Assembly: GCF_003231495.1 (NCBI RefSeq)
Contig: NZ_PQWO01000003.1
Location: 30,001-62,000 of the forward strand
Source: Acaryochloris thomasi RCC1774
Lineage (GTDB): Bacteria > Cyanobacteriota > Cyanobacteriia > Thermosynechococcales > Thermosynechococcaceae
DNA length: 32,000 nt
Direction of reading: 5' to 3'
Each line of letters begins with the position of its first letter. The stretch's first letter is position 1. Under the pieces are notes generated by a model that made no database searches, was not told where the DNA came from, and saw only the letters and a program-made list of their open reading frames with translations. Made by a program: the position numbers and the translations under genes. This document shows positions 23,810 to 32,000 of the stretch, in pieces.

Positions 23810-24574
23810 TTAATTGAAGTCTGTCGCTTCTGAACGCAAGAGCACGCGATCCACAAACTTGTGCAGGAGCAAATTCGCCTCTGGCGTGGGATAGAGATGC
23901 GACAGAATTTCCTGCAGATGCCCATCTGTTTTAAGGTAGCGATCTTGATAGCGAGAAATTCGCGATTCAAGATCGTGGTGATCCACCTCTGGATGAAACT
24001 GAAATCCGTAGAACGGCTTGCCTTCAAGCTTGATCGCGTGATAAGGACACCGTTCGGTAAAAGCTAAGAGCGTCACACCCGGAGGCAACTCCACCGCCCG
24101 CTCTTTATGCCCAGAAACGGCTAAAAACCCGTCAGGGGAGTCATGGAAAAGCAAATCTGTTTGAGCAGCCGGGGTAAGCCGAATCGGGTAAATCCCCATT
24201 TCCATGTGGTCGTGATCGAGAATGACCTTACCACCCAAAGCCTCAACCACCAGTTGAAAACCAAAGCAAGAAGCAAAAACCGGAAGACTCTGATCGACAC
24301 AGTGGCTCAGCAAGGCTTTGGCCGGCTCCACGAAAGGATAGGTTTTAGGCTCAAGCACTGAAGCATCGCTTGAGCCACCAACAAAAAGAGCGTCATAGGC
24401 ATCAGCACAGCCTGGAGGGAAGGTCAGCTGCTCGAACACGTTAAGTGTCGTAAATTGAGAGGCCTGGAGGCCACTGTGGCGAACAAATTCCTGCAGCTCT
24501 TCAGCACAGGTAAGGGCATCGCTACGAATTTGCATATAGAGAATCCGCAACTGTGAGCGAGGCTTAATATTCAC
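23810..24574 (-). CDS. Class I glutamine amidotransferase-like protein (GuaA-like GATase1 domain only)
   Basis: Nucleophile elbow PVFASCFGFQLVVEALGG; His/Glu in FYGFQFHPE. The N-terminal strand is LRILYMQIRSD. The start is GTG 24574, with ATG 24535 as an alternative that would cut into the first strand. Confidence 0.8.
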   Translation of the reverse strand: MNIKPRSQLRILYMQIRSDALTCAEELQEFVRHSGLQASQFTTLNVFEQLTFPPGCADAYDALFVGGSSDASVLEPKTYPFVEPAKALLSHCVDQSLPVFASCFGFQLVVEALGGKVILDHDHMEMGIYPIRLTPAAQTDLLFHDSPDGFLAVSGHKERAVELPPGVTLLAFTERCPYHAIKLEGKPFYGFQFHPEVDHHDLESRISRYQDRYLKTDGHLQEILSHLYPTPEANLLLHKFVDRVLLRSEATDFN

Positions 24575-24694
24575 TGGCTAAAGCATGCATACGCTAATTA
24601 CAGCTCAATCATGACAGATTGAGGGCCTGCAACAGAGCAAATGCGATCGGCGGATGGAGCACTTGCAGTTTGTTTAGTAATCTTTAATAATCAG

Positions 24695-24700
24695 TATAAT
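24695..24700 (+). promoter_or_regulatory. Candidate -10 box (TATAAT) for kaiA
   Basis: A perfect TATAAT lies about 30 nt upstream of the kaiA start region, in the 155-nt divergent intergenic spacer. A weak -35-like TTTAGT sits 17 nt upstream (24673-24678). There is no experimental support. Confidence 0.25.
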
Positions 24701-24729
24701 AATGAAGCAAATCTTAAGTTTTTAATGTA

Positions 24730-25644
24730 TTGTCATCTTTAAAATCTAGTTTGAATTCAGTTTCACAGTCTTTTTTAACCATATATACCTGTGTCGGTTC
24801 ATCGGCACTGGCCGATCAGCTTGAGAAATTACTGAAGGGCGATCGCTATCAGACCACCCATCAACTCAACACAGAGGAGTTTGTCGGTACGGTCGAGAAT
24901 CAAAAGCATTTAATTGACTGCTTAATACTGGAGCAGACGCCTGAGTTACCCAACATCCTCAAGTATTTACATCAGGGAGCCATCCTGCTGCCAGCGATTA
25001 TTTTGATGCCCATAAGCATCACAAAAGCAGCAGCAGAGAGCCAGCAAACAAGCGCAGACTGCAGCTATCACACAGCAGAAGTCTGGCTTCAGCAGTCACA
25101 GTTAGGTCATATTTCGCAGCAGATAGAGCGAGCCGTTAGTCAATTTCTACATCTAACAGCGGCATGTCGACTCCCTGATCAGGTGGAGCAAGAGGAGATG
25201 GCACAGGCAGAGGATCCTGAGTGGCAGAGCAACTTGGGAGTCCAGCAGCGACGGCTGTCGGACAAACTGCAGGAGCGATTAGGGTACCTTGGCGTTTACT
25301 ACAAACGCAATTCGCAAGATTTCCTGCGCAACTTGTCTGCGCCTGCGAAGCAAAGTCTGTTAGGAGATCTGAAGTCTGAGTATCGAGACATCGTATTAGA
25401 GTATTTTCGTAAAGAGAGTAGGGTCAACCAAAAGATTGATGCCTTTGTCACGAGAGTCTTTCTTGCTGATGTCTCAATATCACAGATTCTAGAAATACAT
25501 ATGGAGTTAATGGATGCCTTTGCCAAAAAACTTAAGCTAGAAGGGCGTAATGAAGATATTTTGCTCGACTATCGGTTGACCCTCATTGATACGGTTGCCC
25601 ATCTAGGTGAGATGTATCGACGGTCTATTCCTCGTGATGCTTAA
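24730..25644 (+). CDS. kaiA: Circadian clock protein KaiA
   Basis: The C-terminal half is near-identical in pattern to S. elongatus KaiA as I recall it: LQERLGYLGVYYKR, FLRNL, EYRDIVLEYF, ILEIHMELMDAFAKKLKLEGRNEDILLDYRLTLIDTVAHLGEMYRRSIPR. The N-terminal pseudo-receiver includes IDCLILEQ. No in-frame ATG is available, so the start is TTG 24730 or TTG 24751. Confidence 0.95.
   Translation: MSSLKSSLNSVSQSFLTIYTCVGSSALADQLEKLLKGDRYQTTHQLNTEEFVGTVENQKHLIDCLILEQTPELPNILKYLHQGAILLPAIILMPISITKAAAESQQTSADCSYHTAEVWLQQSQLGHISQQIERAVSQFLHLTAACRLPDQVEQEEMAQAEDPEWQSNLGVQQRRLSDKLQERLGYLGVYYKRNSQDFLRNLSAPAKQSLLGDLKSEYRDIVLEYFRKESRVNQKIDAFVTRVFLADVSISQILEIHMELMDAFAKKLKLEGRNEDILLDYRLTLIDTVAHLGEMYRRSIPRDA
24839..24846. 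repeat. HIP1 octamer palindrome GCGATCGC
   Basis: Exact match read in the sequence. Confidence 0.95.
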
Positions 25645-25674
25645 TAGACCTACCACCTGCGATTACGTGAACTT

Positions 25675-25986
25675 ATGAGCCCTCCTAGAAAAACCTACGT
25701 TCTTAAGCTCTACGTTGCGGGCAATACCCCCAACTCTATTCGAGCACTACGAACACTCAACAATATTTTAGAACAAGAGTTTCAGGGTGTTTATGCCTTG
25801 AAAGTGATTGACGTTCTGAAAAATCCTCAACTGGCTGAGGAAGATAAGATTTTGGCAACCCCGACTTTATCAAAGGTTTTACCGCCCCCTGTCCGCAAGA
25901 TAATCGGGGATCTATCTGATAGAGAACGAGTACTCATTGGCTTGGACTTGCTGTATGAAGAGCTCTCAGACAATGGCTTTGCCTAG
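25675..25986 (+). CDS. kaiB: Circadian clock protein KaiB
   Basis: 103 aa: [17 protein letters not shown]...L..ILE....[47 protein letters not shown]. Confidence 0.97.
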   Translation: MSPPRKTYVLKLYVAGNTPNSIRALRTLNNILEQEFQGVYALKVIDVLKNPQLAEEDKILATPTLSKVLPPPVRKIIGDLSDRERVLIGLDLLYEELSDNGFA

Positions 25987-26035
25987 TTTTTAACAATATT
26001 TTCCTATTAATTTAATGCGTCGATATCAATAAAAA

Positions 26036-27586
26036 ATGCTAGATAATCCGAGTGCTGAACAAGAACCAAACACCCAGCGAGTTGAAGTCAAAAAAATCCA
26101 GACCCGCATTGAAGGTTTTGATGACATTAGCCATGGCGGCATCCCCAAGGGGCGAACAACGCTGATCAGCGGTACTTCTGGCACAGGTAAAACGTTACTT
26201 GCGATTCAGTTTCTCTATTACGGCATTATCCACTTCGACGAACCGGCTGTTTTCATCACCTTTGAAGAATCCCCCACAGACATTATTCAAAATGCCTTGA
26301 GCTTTGGCTGGGATTTGCAGCAAAAGATGGACAGCCGCAAGCTATTTATTTTAGATGCGTCACCCGATCCTGAAGGCCATGACATTGCGGGTGAGTTCGA
26401 TTTGTCAGCGCTCATTGAGCGCATTCAGTACGCGATCCGAAAATATCAGGCGAAACGGGTGGCGGTTGACTCAGTGACAGCTATTTTTCAGCAGTATGAT
26501 GCGGCGGGCGTTGTACGGCGGGAAATTTTTCGGTTAACGGCGCGTCTGAAACTGATTGGAGTCACTACGGTGATGACGACGGAGCGGATCGAAGAATACG
26601 GTCCAGTGGCCCGCTTTGGGGTAGAGGAATTTGTCTCTGATAATGTGGTGATTCTTCGGAATGTTTTGGAGGGTGAGCGTCGCCGCCGAACGCTGGAAAT
26701 TTTGAAGCTGCGGGGCACGAGCCACATGAAGGGGGAATATCCGTTCACGATGACCCATGATGGCATCAGTATCTTTCCGTTGGGGGCAATGCAGCTCACG
26801 CAGCGCTCTTCTAATGTACGGGTCTCGTCTGGTGTCAAAACGTTAGATGAGATGTGTGGCGGTGGTTTCTTTAAAGATTCGATCATTCTGGTGACGGGGG
26901 CCACAGGTACGGGCAAGACGCTGTTGGTCAGTAAGTTTATTGAGGATGCCTGTAAAAATGGAGATCGTGCGATCCTCTTTGCCTATGAAGAATCACGGGC
27001 GCAGCTATCACGAAACGCTTTCTCTTGGGGAATTGACCTTGAGGAGATGGAGAAGCAAGGTTTACTGAAAATTTTGTGCGCTTACCCAGAGTCATCGGGC
27101 CTTGAGGACCATCTGCAGATTATTAAGTCTGAGATTGCCGAGTTTAAGCCCTCTCGAATCTCAATTGATTCGCTGTCGGCGTTGGCCCGGGGAGTGAGTA
27201 ACAATGCCTTCCGACAGTTTGTGATTGGGGTGACGGGTTTCGCGAAGCAGGAAGAAATTACTGGGTTCTTTACCAATACGACGGATCACTTTCTAGGGTC
27301 TCATTCGATTACGGAATCCCATATCTCGACGATTACCGATACGATTTTGATGCTCCAGTATGTGGAGTTTCGGGGCGAGATGTCACGGGCGATCAACGTC
27401 TTCAAGATGCGCGGTTCTTGGCACGATAAGGGAATCCGAGAGTACACCATCAGTGAGAAGGGACCGAATATTCAAAGCTCGTTCCAGAATTTACAGGGAA
27501 TCATCAGCGGAACACCCACGCGAGTGGCGGTGGATGAGAAGTCAGAACTGTCTCGGATTGTCCAGGATGTCAAAGGGCTTGAGTAA
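26036..27586 (+). CDS. kaiC: Circadian clock ATPase / autokinase KaiC
   Basis: 516 aa with duplicated RecA-like halves. The two Walker A motifs are GTSGTGKT and GATGTGKT. The phosphosite segment is ESHISTITDTILMLQYVEFRGEMSRAINVFKMRGSWHDKGIREY. Confidence 0.98.
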   Translation: MLDNPSAEQEPNTQRVEVKKIQTRIEGFDDISHGGIPKGRTTLISGTSGTGKTLLAIQFLYYGIIHFDEPAVFITFEESPTDIIQNALSFGWDLQQKMDSRKLFILDASPDPEGHDIAGEFDLSALIERIQYAIRKYQAKRVAVDSVTAIFQQYDAAGVVRREIFRLTARLKLIGVTTVMTTERIEEYGPVARFGVEEFVSDNVVILRNVLEGERRRRTLEILKLRGTSHMKGEYPFTMTHDGISIFPLGAMQLTQRSSNVRVSSGVKTLDEMCGGGFFKDSIILVTGATGTGKTLLVSKFIEDACKNGDRAILFAYEESRAQLSRNAFSWGIDLEEMEKQGLLKILCAYPESSGLEDHLQIIKSEIAEFKPSRISIDSLSALARGVSNNAFRQFVIGVTGFAKQEEITGFFTNTTDHFLGSHSITESHISTITDTILMLQYVEFRGEMSRAINVFKMRGSWHDKGIREYTISEKGPNIQSSFQNLQGIISGTPTRVAVDEKSELSRIVQDVKGLE

Positions 27587-27602
27587 CTCCAGAGGCTTTT
27601 GA

Positions 27603-28796
27603 CTAAGCCATTAGGCCCAGTCCTTCAAGGGTCTGACGCAGTCGATTGGCTTCAGTAAAGTTTTGGGCATCTTCATGGAGTTTGATGGCCTGCTGAAAGG
27701 CTCTTTGGCTGGCGTCAATTTGACCTATTTTGAGCAATGCAACGCCCAGATTTTGGTGGGCTTCTGCATAGCTTGGCTGGTGACAGATGGCCTGTTGATA
27801 GGATGCGATCGCATCTCCAAAGTACCCCATCGCCCGCAGCGTCAGCCCTAGATTGTTATGGGCGATTGCCAGAGTCGGCTGCGCCACAATCATCGATGTA
27901 TAGAGCTGTCGCGCCCCTTCTAAATCACCCTGAATCTGAAGCAAATTTGCCAGATTATTACAGGCTCCGATTTTCAGCAGGAGCGGTAAATCGATAGCGA
28001 GCGCCTGCTGATACTGCTCCTGTGCTTTACTTCTCTCACCCAGCGACTCATAGACGTGGCCTAAATGGTAATGCAGCTCATAGATCACAGCAGGCTCCGG
28101 CGGCTGGAGATTCAAACCGCACCGGAGTAGGGCCATTCCCTTGTCTAGCTGGTGGTTTTCAACGTATAGGGCACCTAACTTACTGCAAAGATAGGCATCA
28201 TCTGGCTCGTTGGCAAGCGCTTGTTCCATAATCCGCTGCGCCCGCTGGGTTTTCTGCTGCTGATCAATGCGTTCAGCCGTGTAGCCTTCATGGAGGATCG
28301 CAACAGGTTCTAAACAGCCAATTTTCCAGTGCTGCTCTTGGGCCTGCAGGGCAACGACGCTGTCGTCAATCAGCTCATGGTAGGGGCAGTGAAACTTGAT
28401 TTTAGGGTGATTGCGAAACAGCCGTGACATTAGGGTGTAGGGGGACTGCTTGGCACCGACTTCCTGACGGAGAAGATTTATCACCAGCACATCGGGCTGC
28501 TGAATCGCTTGTTTAAGCTGGGAAATAATATCAGGGACTAGGGTTTCGTCGGCATCTAAGACTAAGACCCAGTCTCCAGTGACGTACTGAAGGGCAGCGT
28601 TGCGAGCGGCGGCGAAATCATCGCACCAGGCAAAGGTGTATACTTCTGCGCCGTGGGATTGGGCGATTTGGGGGGTGCGATCGCAAGACCCGGTATCAAC
28701 GACCACCATCTGATCGACCACGCCCTGTACACTCTGCAAGCAGCGAGACAGAGTCCGCTCCTCATCTTTGACAATCATGCAAAGGCTAAGGGTCAT
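27603..28796 (-). CDS. Family-2 glycosyltransferase fused to C-terminal TPR repeats
   Basis: The N-terminus has the GT2 pattern LSLCMIVKDEERTLSRCL.S......MVVVDTGS.DRT..IA...GA.V..F.W.DDFAAARN......GDWVLVLDADE. The C-terminal half has TPR-type repeats (AIAHNNLGLTLRAMGYFGDAIASYQQAI, AEAHQNLGVALLKIGQIDASQRAFQQAIKL). Confidence 0.85.
   Translation of the reverse strand: MTLSLCMIVKDEERTLSRCLQSVQGVVDQMVVVDTGSCDRTPQIAQSHGAEVYTFAWCDDFAAARNAALQYVTGDWVLVLDADETLVPDIISQLKQAIQQPDVLVINLLRQEVGAKQSPYTLMSRLFRNHPKIKFHCPYHELIDDSVVALQAQEQHWKIGCLEPVAILHEGYTAERIDQQQKTQRAQRIMEQALANEPDDAYLCSKLGALYVENHQLDKGMALLRCGLNLQPPEPAVIYELHYHLGHVYESLGERSKAQEQYQQALAIDLPLLLKIGACNNLANLLQIQGDLEGARQLYTSMIVAQPTLAIAHNNLGLTLRAMGYFGDAIASYQQAICHQPSYAEAHQNLGVALLKIGQIDASQRAFQQAIKLHEDAQNFTEANRLRQTLEGLGLMA
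27805..27812. repeat. HIP1 octamer palindrome GCGATCGC
   Basis: Exact match read in the sequence. Confidence 0.95.
28677..28684. repeat. HIP1 octamer palindrome GCGATCGC
   Basis: Exact match read in the sequence. Confidence 0.95.
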
Positions 28797-28861
28797 CGCA
28801 AATCTGAAACAACGTCAACAGACCGACGGCTTTATCTTGGCACAAGAATTGCGCGTTAGAG

Positions 28862-28893
28862 TCTTGATGTCCATGATCGCTAAGACATCAAGA
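28862..28893. repeat. Perfect 10-bp inverted repeat (TCTTGATGTC / GACATCAAGA) with a 12-nt spacer
   Basis: Read directly from the sequence. It lies 66 nt upstream of the GT2-TPR start codon (28796), in the 452-nt divergent region shared with ispF. No U-tract follows on either strand. Confidence 0.6.
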
Positions 28894-29248
28894 GTAAATA
28901 CTGTACGCTTCAACCAGTTGAATGGAGAAGCTTAGATGGAATTCTCTTCGTAGGTTTCAGAACCTATAAATAAGCAGCAGGCAATCGCAACAATACCTAG
29001 CAGGAAAAAGAAAAACTCTTCCGATTTACCCCAATTCACCACAAGATTCTCTCTGTAAAATGTCAAAGTCTTACCGTTCAAGACGCCAATATCGGTTGAT
29101 TGATCGTGAGAACCAGCACTTTTAGTCTTCCCCGATACACAGGAAAAAAGACAATCTGTTTCGGGCTGTTTATTCAGCGGGTGAGGAATACGGCATGATG
29201 GATTCAGGCGCTTGAGAAATTTGTACACAATAAGGCAACTGAGCGGTA

Positions 29249-29734
29249 ATGACTTCAATTCGGATTGGCAACGGCTACGACATCCATCAGCTTGGACCGG
29301 ACCGACCGCTGATTTTAGGCGGGGTTCAAATTGACCATGAGCTAGGACTGATCGGCCACAGCGACGCCGATGTTTTAACCCACGCGATCATGGATGCTCT
29401 TTTAGGTGCCCTCAGCCTCGGCGACATTGGTCACTATTTCCCGCCCACCGACCCGCAATGGAAGGGGGCCGATAGTCTGAAGCTGCTGGCCCAGGTCAAT
29501 CAGCTCATTCAAGAAAAAGGCTGGCAGGTGGGCAATATTGATTCAGTAATTGTGGCCGAGCAACCGAAGATGAAGCCTCATATTAGTGAGATGCGCGATC
29601 GCCTTTCTACAACCCTCAAGGTGCAGCCCGACCAGGTGGGCATCAAGGCCACCACCAACGAAAGGCTGGGGCCGACCGGGCGCGAAGAAGGGATTGTCGC
29701 CTACACCGTTGCTCTGTTAGTCCCCCTGACTTGA
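29249..29734 (+). CDS. ispF: 2-C-methyl-D-erythritol 2,4-cyclodiphosphate synthase
   Basis: 161 aa: [12 protein letters not shown]......LILGGV.I.......[19 protein letters not shown]...GDIG..FP..DP.WKGADS..LL, and later [14 protein letters not shown]. Confidence 0.97.
   Translation: MTSIRIGNGYDIHQLGPDRPLILGGVQIDHELGLIGHSDADVLTHAIMDALLGALSLGDIGHYFPPTDPQWKGADSLKLLAQVNQLIQEKGWQVGNIDSVIVAEQPKMKPHISEMRDRLSTTLKVQPDQVGIKATTNERLGPTGREEGIVAYTVALLVPLT
29595..29602. repeat. HIP1 octamer palindrome GCGATCGC
   Basis: Exact match read in the sequence. Confidence 0.95.
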
Positions 29735-29799
29735 TAGGGCGTACCTTAAATCTTGGTGGTCTATGTCTGCAATTCCAATCTTCAGGCAACGTGTAAATC

Positions 29800-31182
29800 A
29801 TGACTTCTTCGCAATCAAAACCGTGGCCCTTTTCTCAGCAAGACGGCTACCGCATCTATCAGTCGGGTCACCACAAATCTGGTACTTTCCAGCGCATCTA
29901 TGTGCCTGAGACTGCAACTCAGCCAGAGGCAAAATTGCGGCCCATACTCTACCTACACGGCTTCGCTCTATGTATGCCCTCCTTCTACGAGACACACTTG
30001 ATTGAACTCGTCAAAGAGGGTTATATCGTCTTCTTCCCAGACTTTCAGCGCAGTGACTATCCCGACACGCTTCCGACAGATTTATTGGTAACACGCGCAG
30101 AAGATATCCAGCACTTTCGGCACTGGCTTTCTATTGCGACGCAACTGCCTTCTCAGGGAGATGACCGTCTCTCAGCCAGTGAAACACCGTCACTATATGG
30201 AAACGCGCCCCAACAAAAAGAGATGCCTTTGGGACCTGGACTGCAAAAGCCAAAAGTTAGTGATGTACGACGAGTTGCGTGGGCCTTGGTCATCATTATT
30301 GGAATCCTGAAGCTACTGAGCTGGTTCCGCCGCGATTACGGGAAAAATCTCATTCACCTGCTGTCAACAGTGGGCATCAGTTTGTTTCACTTCCCCACTG
30401 AATGGTTAGCCAATGCGATCAGCTTGCCAGAAGCAGCCTGGGAGAGATTGAGTCAAGATTTTCCCCATTGGGCCACGGAAAAAATGGAGGTCCATGCCTT
30501 CGGCCATTCTCTCGGTGGGTTAATGGCTCTCAGCCTTCCTGATGGTTTTAAAGGCAGGCAGGACCAGCGATTTTTCCCGCAGCAGATTGTCACAGCAGAT
30601 CCAGCGCCCAGTACTGAGATGGGCATTCCTGGCCCTGCAATCTGGCTCCTTAAGTTATTTAATTCGCCCTTTACCCAAAAACCGGTCCTGATTAGCGAGA
30701 CAGGAAAAAGTCTGAACATTCCTGTCGTGATTTTGCACGGTGGGGCGGATAACATCGTCAAACCGCAGCAGTGGGTAGGACAGACAGGAGACACCCCCTC
30801 TAATTACGATGCGATCGCAAGTCAAGAGAAAGCCATTTACTTTTCTTACTCCAACCCAGAACCTCAGCCACCTCTGGTAGCCTTTCATAATCAGGCTGTA
30901 ACCAGTACTCAATATTATGGAGATGGTCTGTTCAAAAACTTCGGCGGTGTCAAGGATGGACCCAATGCCTATAACTATGAATATGTATGGCCCGGATTAA
31001 ACTTTATTTTTACGGGACAAGCGACGCCAAGAACTCTTCTGGCAAAGCTTTTAGAACTGAGACCAAGGAAGTTTGACATCAAGCCAGTGCCCCCCGAGGC
31101 TCCAAGGAGTAGCTGGGGTTGGATCATCGGACTGTTACTTTTAGCTGGCATCGTTTACTGGGGCTGGCCCCTTGTTCATTAA
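29800..31182 (+). CDS. Alpha/beta-hydrolase-fold protein with predicted TM segments
   Basis: ATG start. Oxyanion-region-like ILYLHGFA; nucleophile elbow HAFGHSLGG (G-x-S-x-G); VVILHGGADNIV near the acid/His region. An internal hydrophobic helix (VAWALVIIIGILKLL) and a C-terminal helix (WGWIIGLLLLAGIVYWGW) are present. I do not recognise the subfamily. Confidence 0.7.
   Translation: MTSSQSKPWPFSQQDGYRIYQSGHHKSGTFQRIYVPETATQPEAKLRPILYLHGFALCMPSFYETHLIELVKEGYIVFFPDFQRSDYPDTLPTDLLVTRAEDIQHFRHWLSIATQLPSQGDDRLSASETPSLYGNAPQQKEMPLGPGLQKPKVSDVRRVAWALVIIIGILKLLSWFRRDYGKNLIHLLSTVGISLFHFPTEWLANAISLPEAAWERLSQDFPHWATEKMEVHAFGHSLGGLMALSLPDGFKGRQDQRFFPQQIVTADPAPSTEMGIPGPAIWLLKLFNSPFTQKPVLISETGKSLNIPVVILHGGADNIVKPQQWVGQTGDTPSNYDAIASQEKAIYFSYSNPEPQPPLVAFHNQAVTSTQYYGDGLFKNFGGVKDGPNAYNYEYVWPGLNFIFTGQATPRTLLAKLLELRPRKFDIKPVPPEAPRSSWGWIIGLLLLAGIVYWGWPLVH
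30811..30818. repeat. HIP1 octamer palindrome GCGATCGC
   Basis: Exact match read in the sequence. Confidence 0.95.
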
Positions 31183-31306
31183 TCGATATCTGTGGCAAAA
31201 ATGACTCACACGACCGGTATCATCACCAACGGAGATTTAGAGCCAACTAACGGCAAAGCAAGTCCGATAATATCCACGCTGACTCTACTCGTGGCGCTCA
31301 TCTGAG

Positions 31307-32000
31307 ATGGTTGACATCCCTCAAGTGCTGGGTATCGATGTCGGTGGCACAGCAATCAAGCTGGGGCGTTTTTCTGCTGAGGGGGATTGCCTTCAGTCAT
31401 TCTCTGTTGAGACGCCCCAACCTGCAACGCCAGAGGCCGTGGTCCCGGCTATCGTGGCGGCCATCAAAGAGGTGGATCGGGACAGAGTTGCGATCGCAAC
31501 CGGTATGGGCACCCCTGGCCCCGCAAATGCAGCAGGCAGAGTCGCAAGAATCGCCTTCAATCTCCCTGGCTGGGTTGAAGTCCCCATCGCAGATCAAATC
31601 GAAGCCCTCGATGGGCGACCCGTCACCATTGCCAACGACGCCAACTGCGCCGGATTAGGTGAAGCATGGCTAGGCGCTGGCAGCGATTATCAAGACTTTA
31701 TTTTGCTCACCCTGGGTACAGGCGTCGGGGGAGCCATCATTCAAAACGGCGATCTATTTTTGGGTCGCGGAGGCGCGGCCGGAGAACTAGGGGTCGTCAC
31801 CCTCAACCCCGATGGACCGCCCTGCAACAGCGGTAATCAAGGCTCATTAGAGCAGTATGTTTCCGCCACTGCTATTCGGCGGCGGACAGGAATGGAACCC
31901 CATGAACTGGCTAAACGAGCTAGAGAGGGAGAGGGAGATGCGATCTCATTTTGGCACCAGTACGGTCGAGATCTTGGGGCCGGTCTCACCAGCCTCATCT
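31307..32000 (+). CDS. glk: ROK-family sugar kinase (glucokinase-like), 3'-truncated by the window edge
   Basis: Not in the ORF track. My own translation from ATG 31307 is open to nt 32000: MVDIPQVLGIDVGGTAIKLGRF...GMGTPGP...TIANDANCAGLGEAWLGAG...FILLTLGTGVGGAII.NG.L..G..GAAGELG. These are the ROK/ASKHA phosphate-1, phosphate-2 and adenosine motifs. The listed ORF 31311..31658 is a different frame with low-complexity output. Confidence 0.85.
   Translation, partial: MVDIPQVLGIDVGGTAIKLGRFSAEGDCLQSFSVETPQPATPEAVVPAIVAAIKEVDRDRVAIATGMGTPGPANAAGRVARIAFNLPGWVEVPIADQIEALDGRPVTIANDANCAGLGEAWLGAGSDYQDFILLTLGTGVGGAIIQNGDLFLGRGGAAGELGVVTLNPDGPPCNSGNQGSLEQYVSATAIRRRTGMEPHELAKRAREGEGDAISFWHQYGRDLGAGLTSLI
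31490..31497. repeat. HIP1 octamer palindrome GCGATCGC
   Basis: Exact match read in the sequence. Confidence 0.95.

Noticed and set aside
23722-24027. 101-aa minus-strand ORF overlapping the 3' end of the amidotransferase gene
   Set aside because: It is off-frame with a gene that has clear GATase1 catalytic motifs. Its product is Cys/Arg/Ile-rich with no features.
26488-28859. ORFs overlapping kaiC and the GT2-TPR gene (26488..26916, 26534..26758, 27082..27276, 27360..27602, 27663..27851, 27737..27997, 28022..28231, 28562..28774, 28653..28859)
   Set aside because: They are off-frame or antisense to strongly supported genes, and their products have no motifs.
28932-29258. 108-aa minus-strand ORF in the GT2-TPR / ispF spacer, overlapping the ispF start by 10 nt
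   Set aside because: No family is recognisable and Met is the only start option. It does have a hydrophobic C-terminal segment (FFFFLLGIVAIACCLFIG), so it is not excluded, but the evidence is too weak to call it a gene.
31311-31658. Listed 115-aa ORF (MTSLKCWVSMSVAQQ...) at the position of the sugar-kinase gene
   Set aside because: It is the wrong frame. The frame starting at ATG 31307 gives textbook ROK motifs and stays open to the window end. The listed ORF is low-complexity (S/P/R/W-rich) shadow sequence.
1-32000. Search for tRNA, rRNA, CRISPR repeats, IS elements or tandem repeats
   Set aside because: I saw no cloverleaf-like conserved arms (for example GGTTCGAATCC-type T-loops), no regularly spaced direct repeats and no transposase-like ORFs. 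The only recurrent short repeat is the HIP1 octamer.

Overview
This is a cyanobacterial chromosomal segment. It carries 14 exact HIP1 octamers (GCGATCGC), a complete kaiA-kaiB-kaiC clock cluster, and the housekeeping genes glgB, metF, ispF and a ROK glucokinase. I support 22 protein-coding genes. I found no rRNA, tRNA, CRISPR array, transposase or integrase. All domain calls come from motifs read by eye in the supplied translations, because no searches could be run.

The window has two parts. Roughly 9.8-32 kb is ordinary core genome. It is HIP1-rich and about 50-60% G+C by eye. It contains signalling genes (a roughly 2000-aa Ser/Thr-kinase/NTPase/GAF/GGDEF/EAL protein, a second Hanks kinase, and an atypical OmpR-type regulator overlapping a DUF192 lipoprotein gene), the kai cluster and metabolic genes.

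The left 9.7 kb looks accessory and is the most interesting part. It holds five consecutive genes, all predicted to be envelope-targeted: a 5'-truncated CHAT-CHASE2 membrane protein, a translationally coupled DUF928-like secreted protein, a TPS-domain (filamentous-haemagglutinin-like) beta-helix exoprotein, a Cys-rich orphan, and a TPR-CHAT caspase-like protease with an N-terminal export signal. The stretch has no HIP1 site between 172 and 9760. It has a strongly AT-rich core (about 3.9-6.5 kb) that crosses gene boundaries. It also has a G9 homopolymer just upstream of the catalytic Cys codon of the TPR-CHAT gene. I read it as an uncharacterised trans-envelope protease/secretion module; that reading is inference.

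Several genes (TPR-CHAT, the giant kinase, kaiA, metF) have no usable in-frame ATG and must start at GTG or TTG. The ORF track misses the ROK kinase, which is open at the 3' window edge in a different frame from the listed 31311 ORF.
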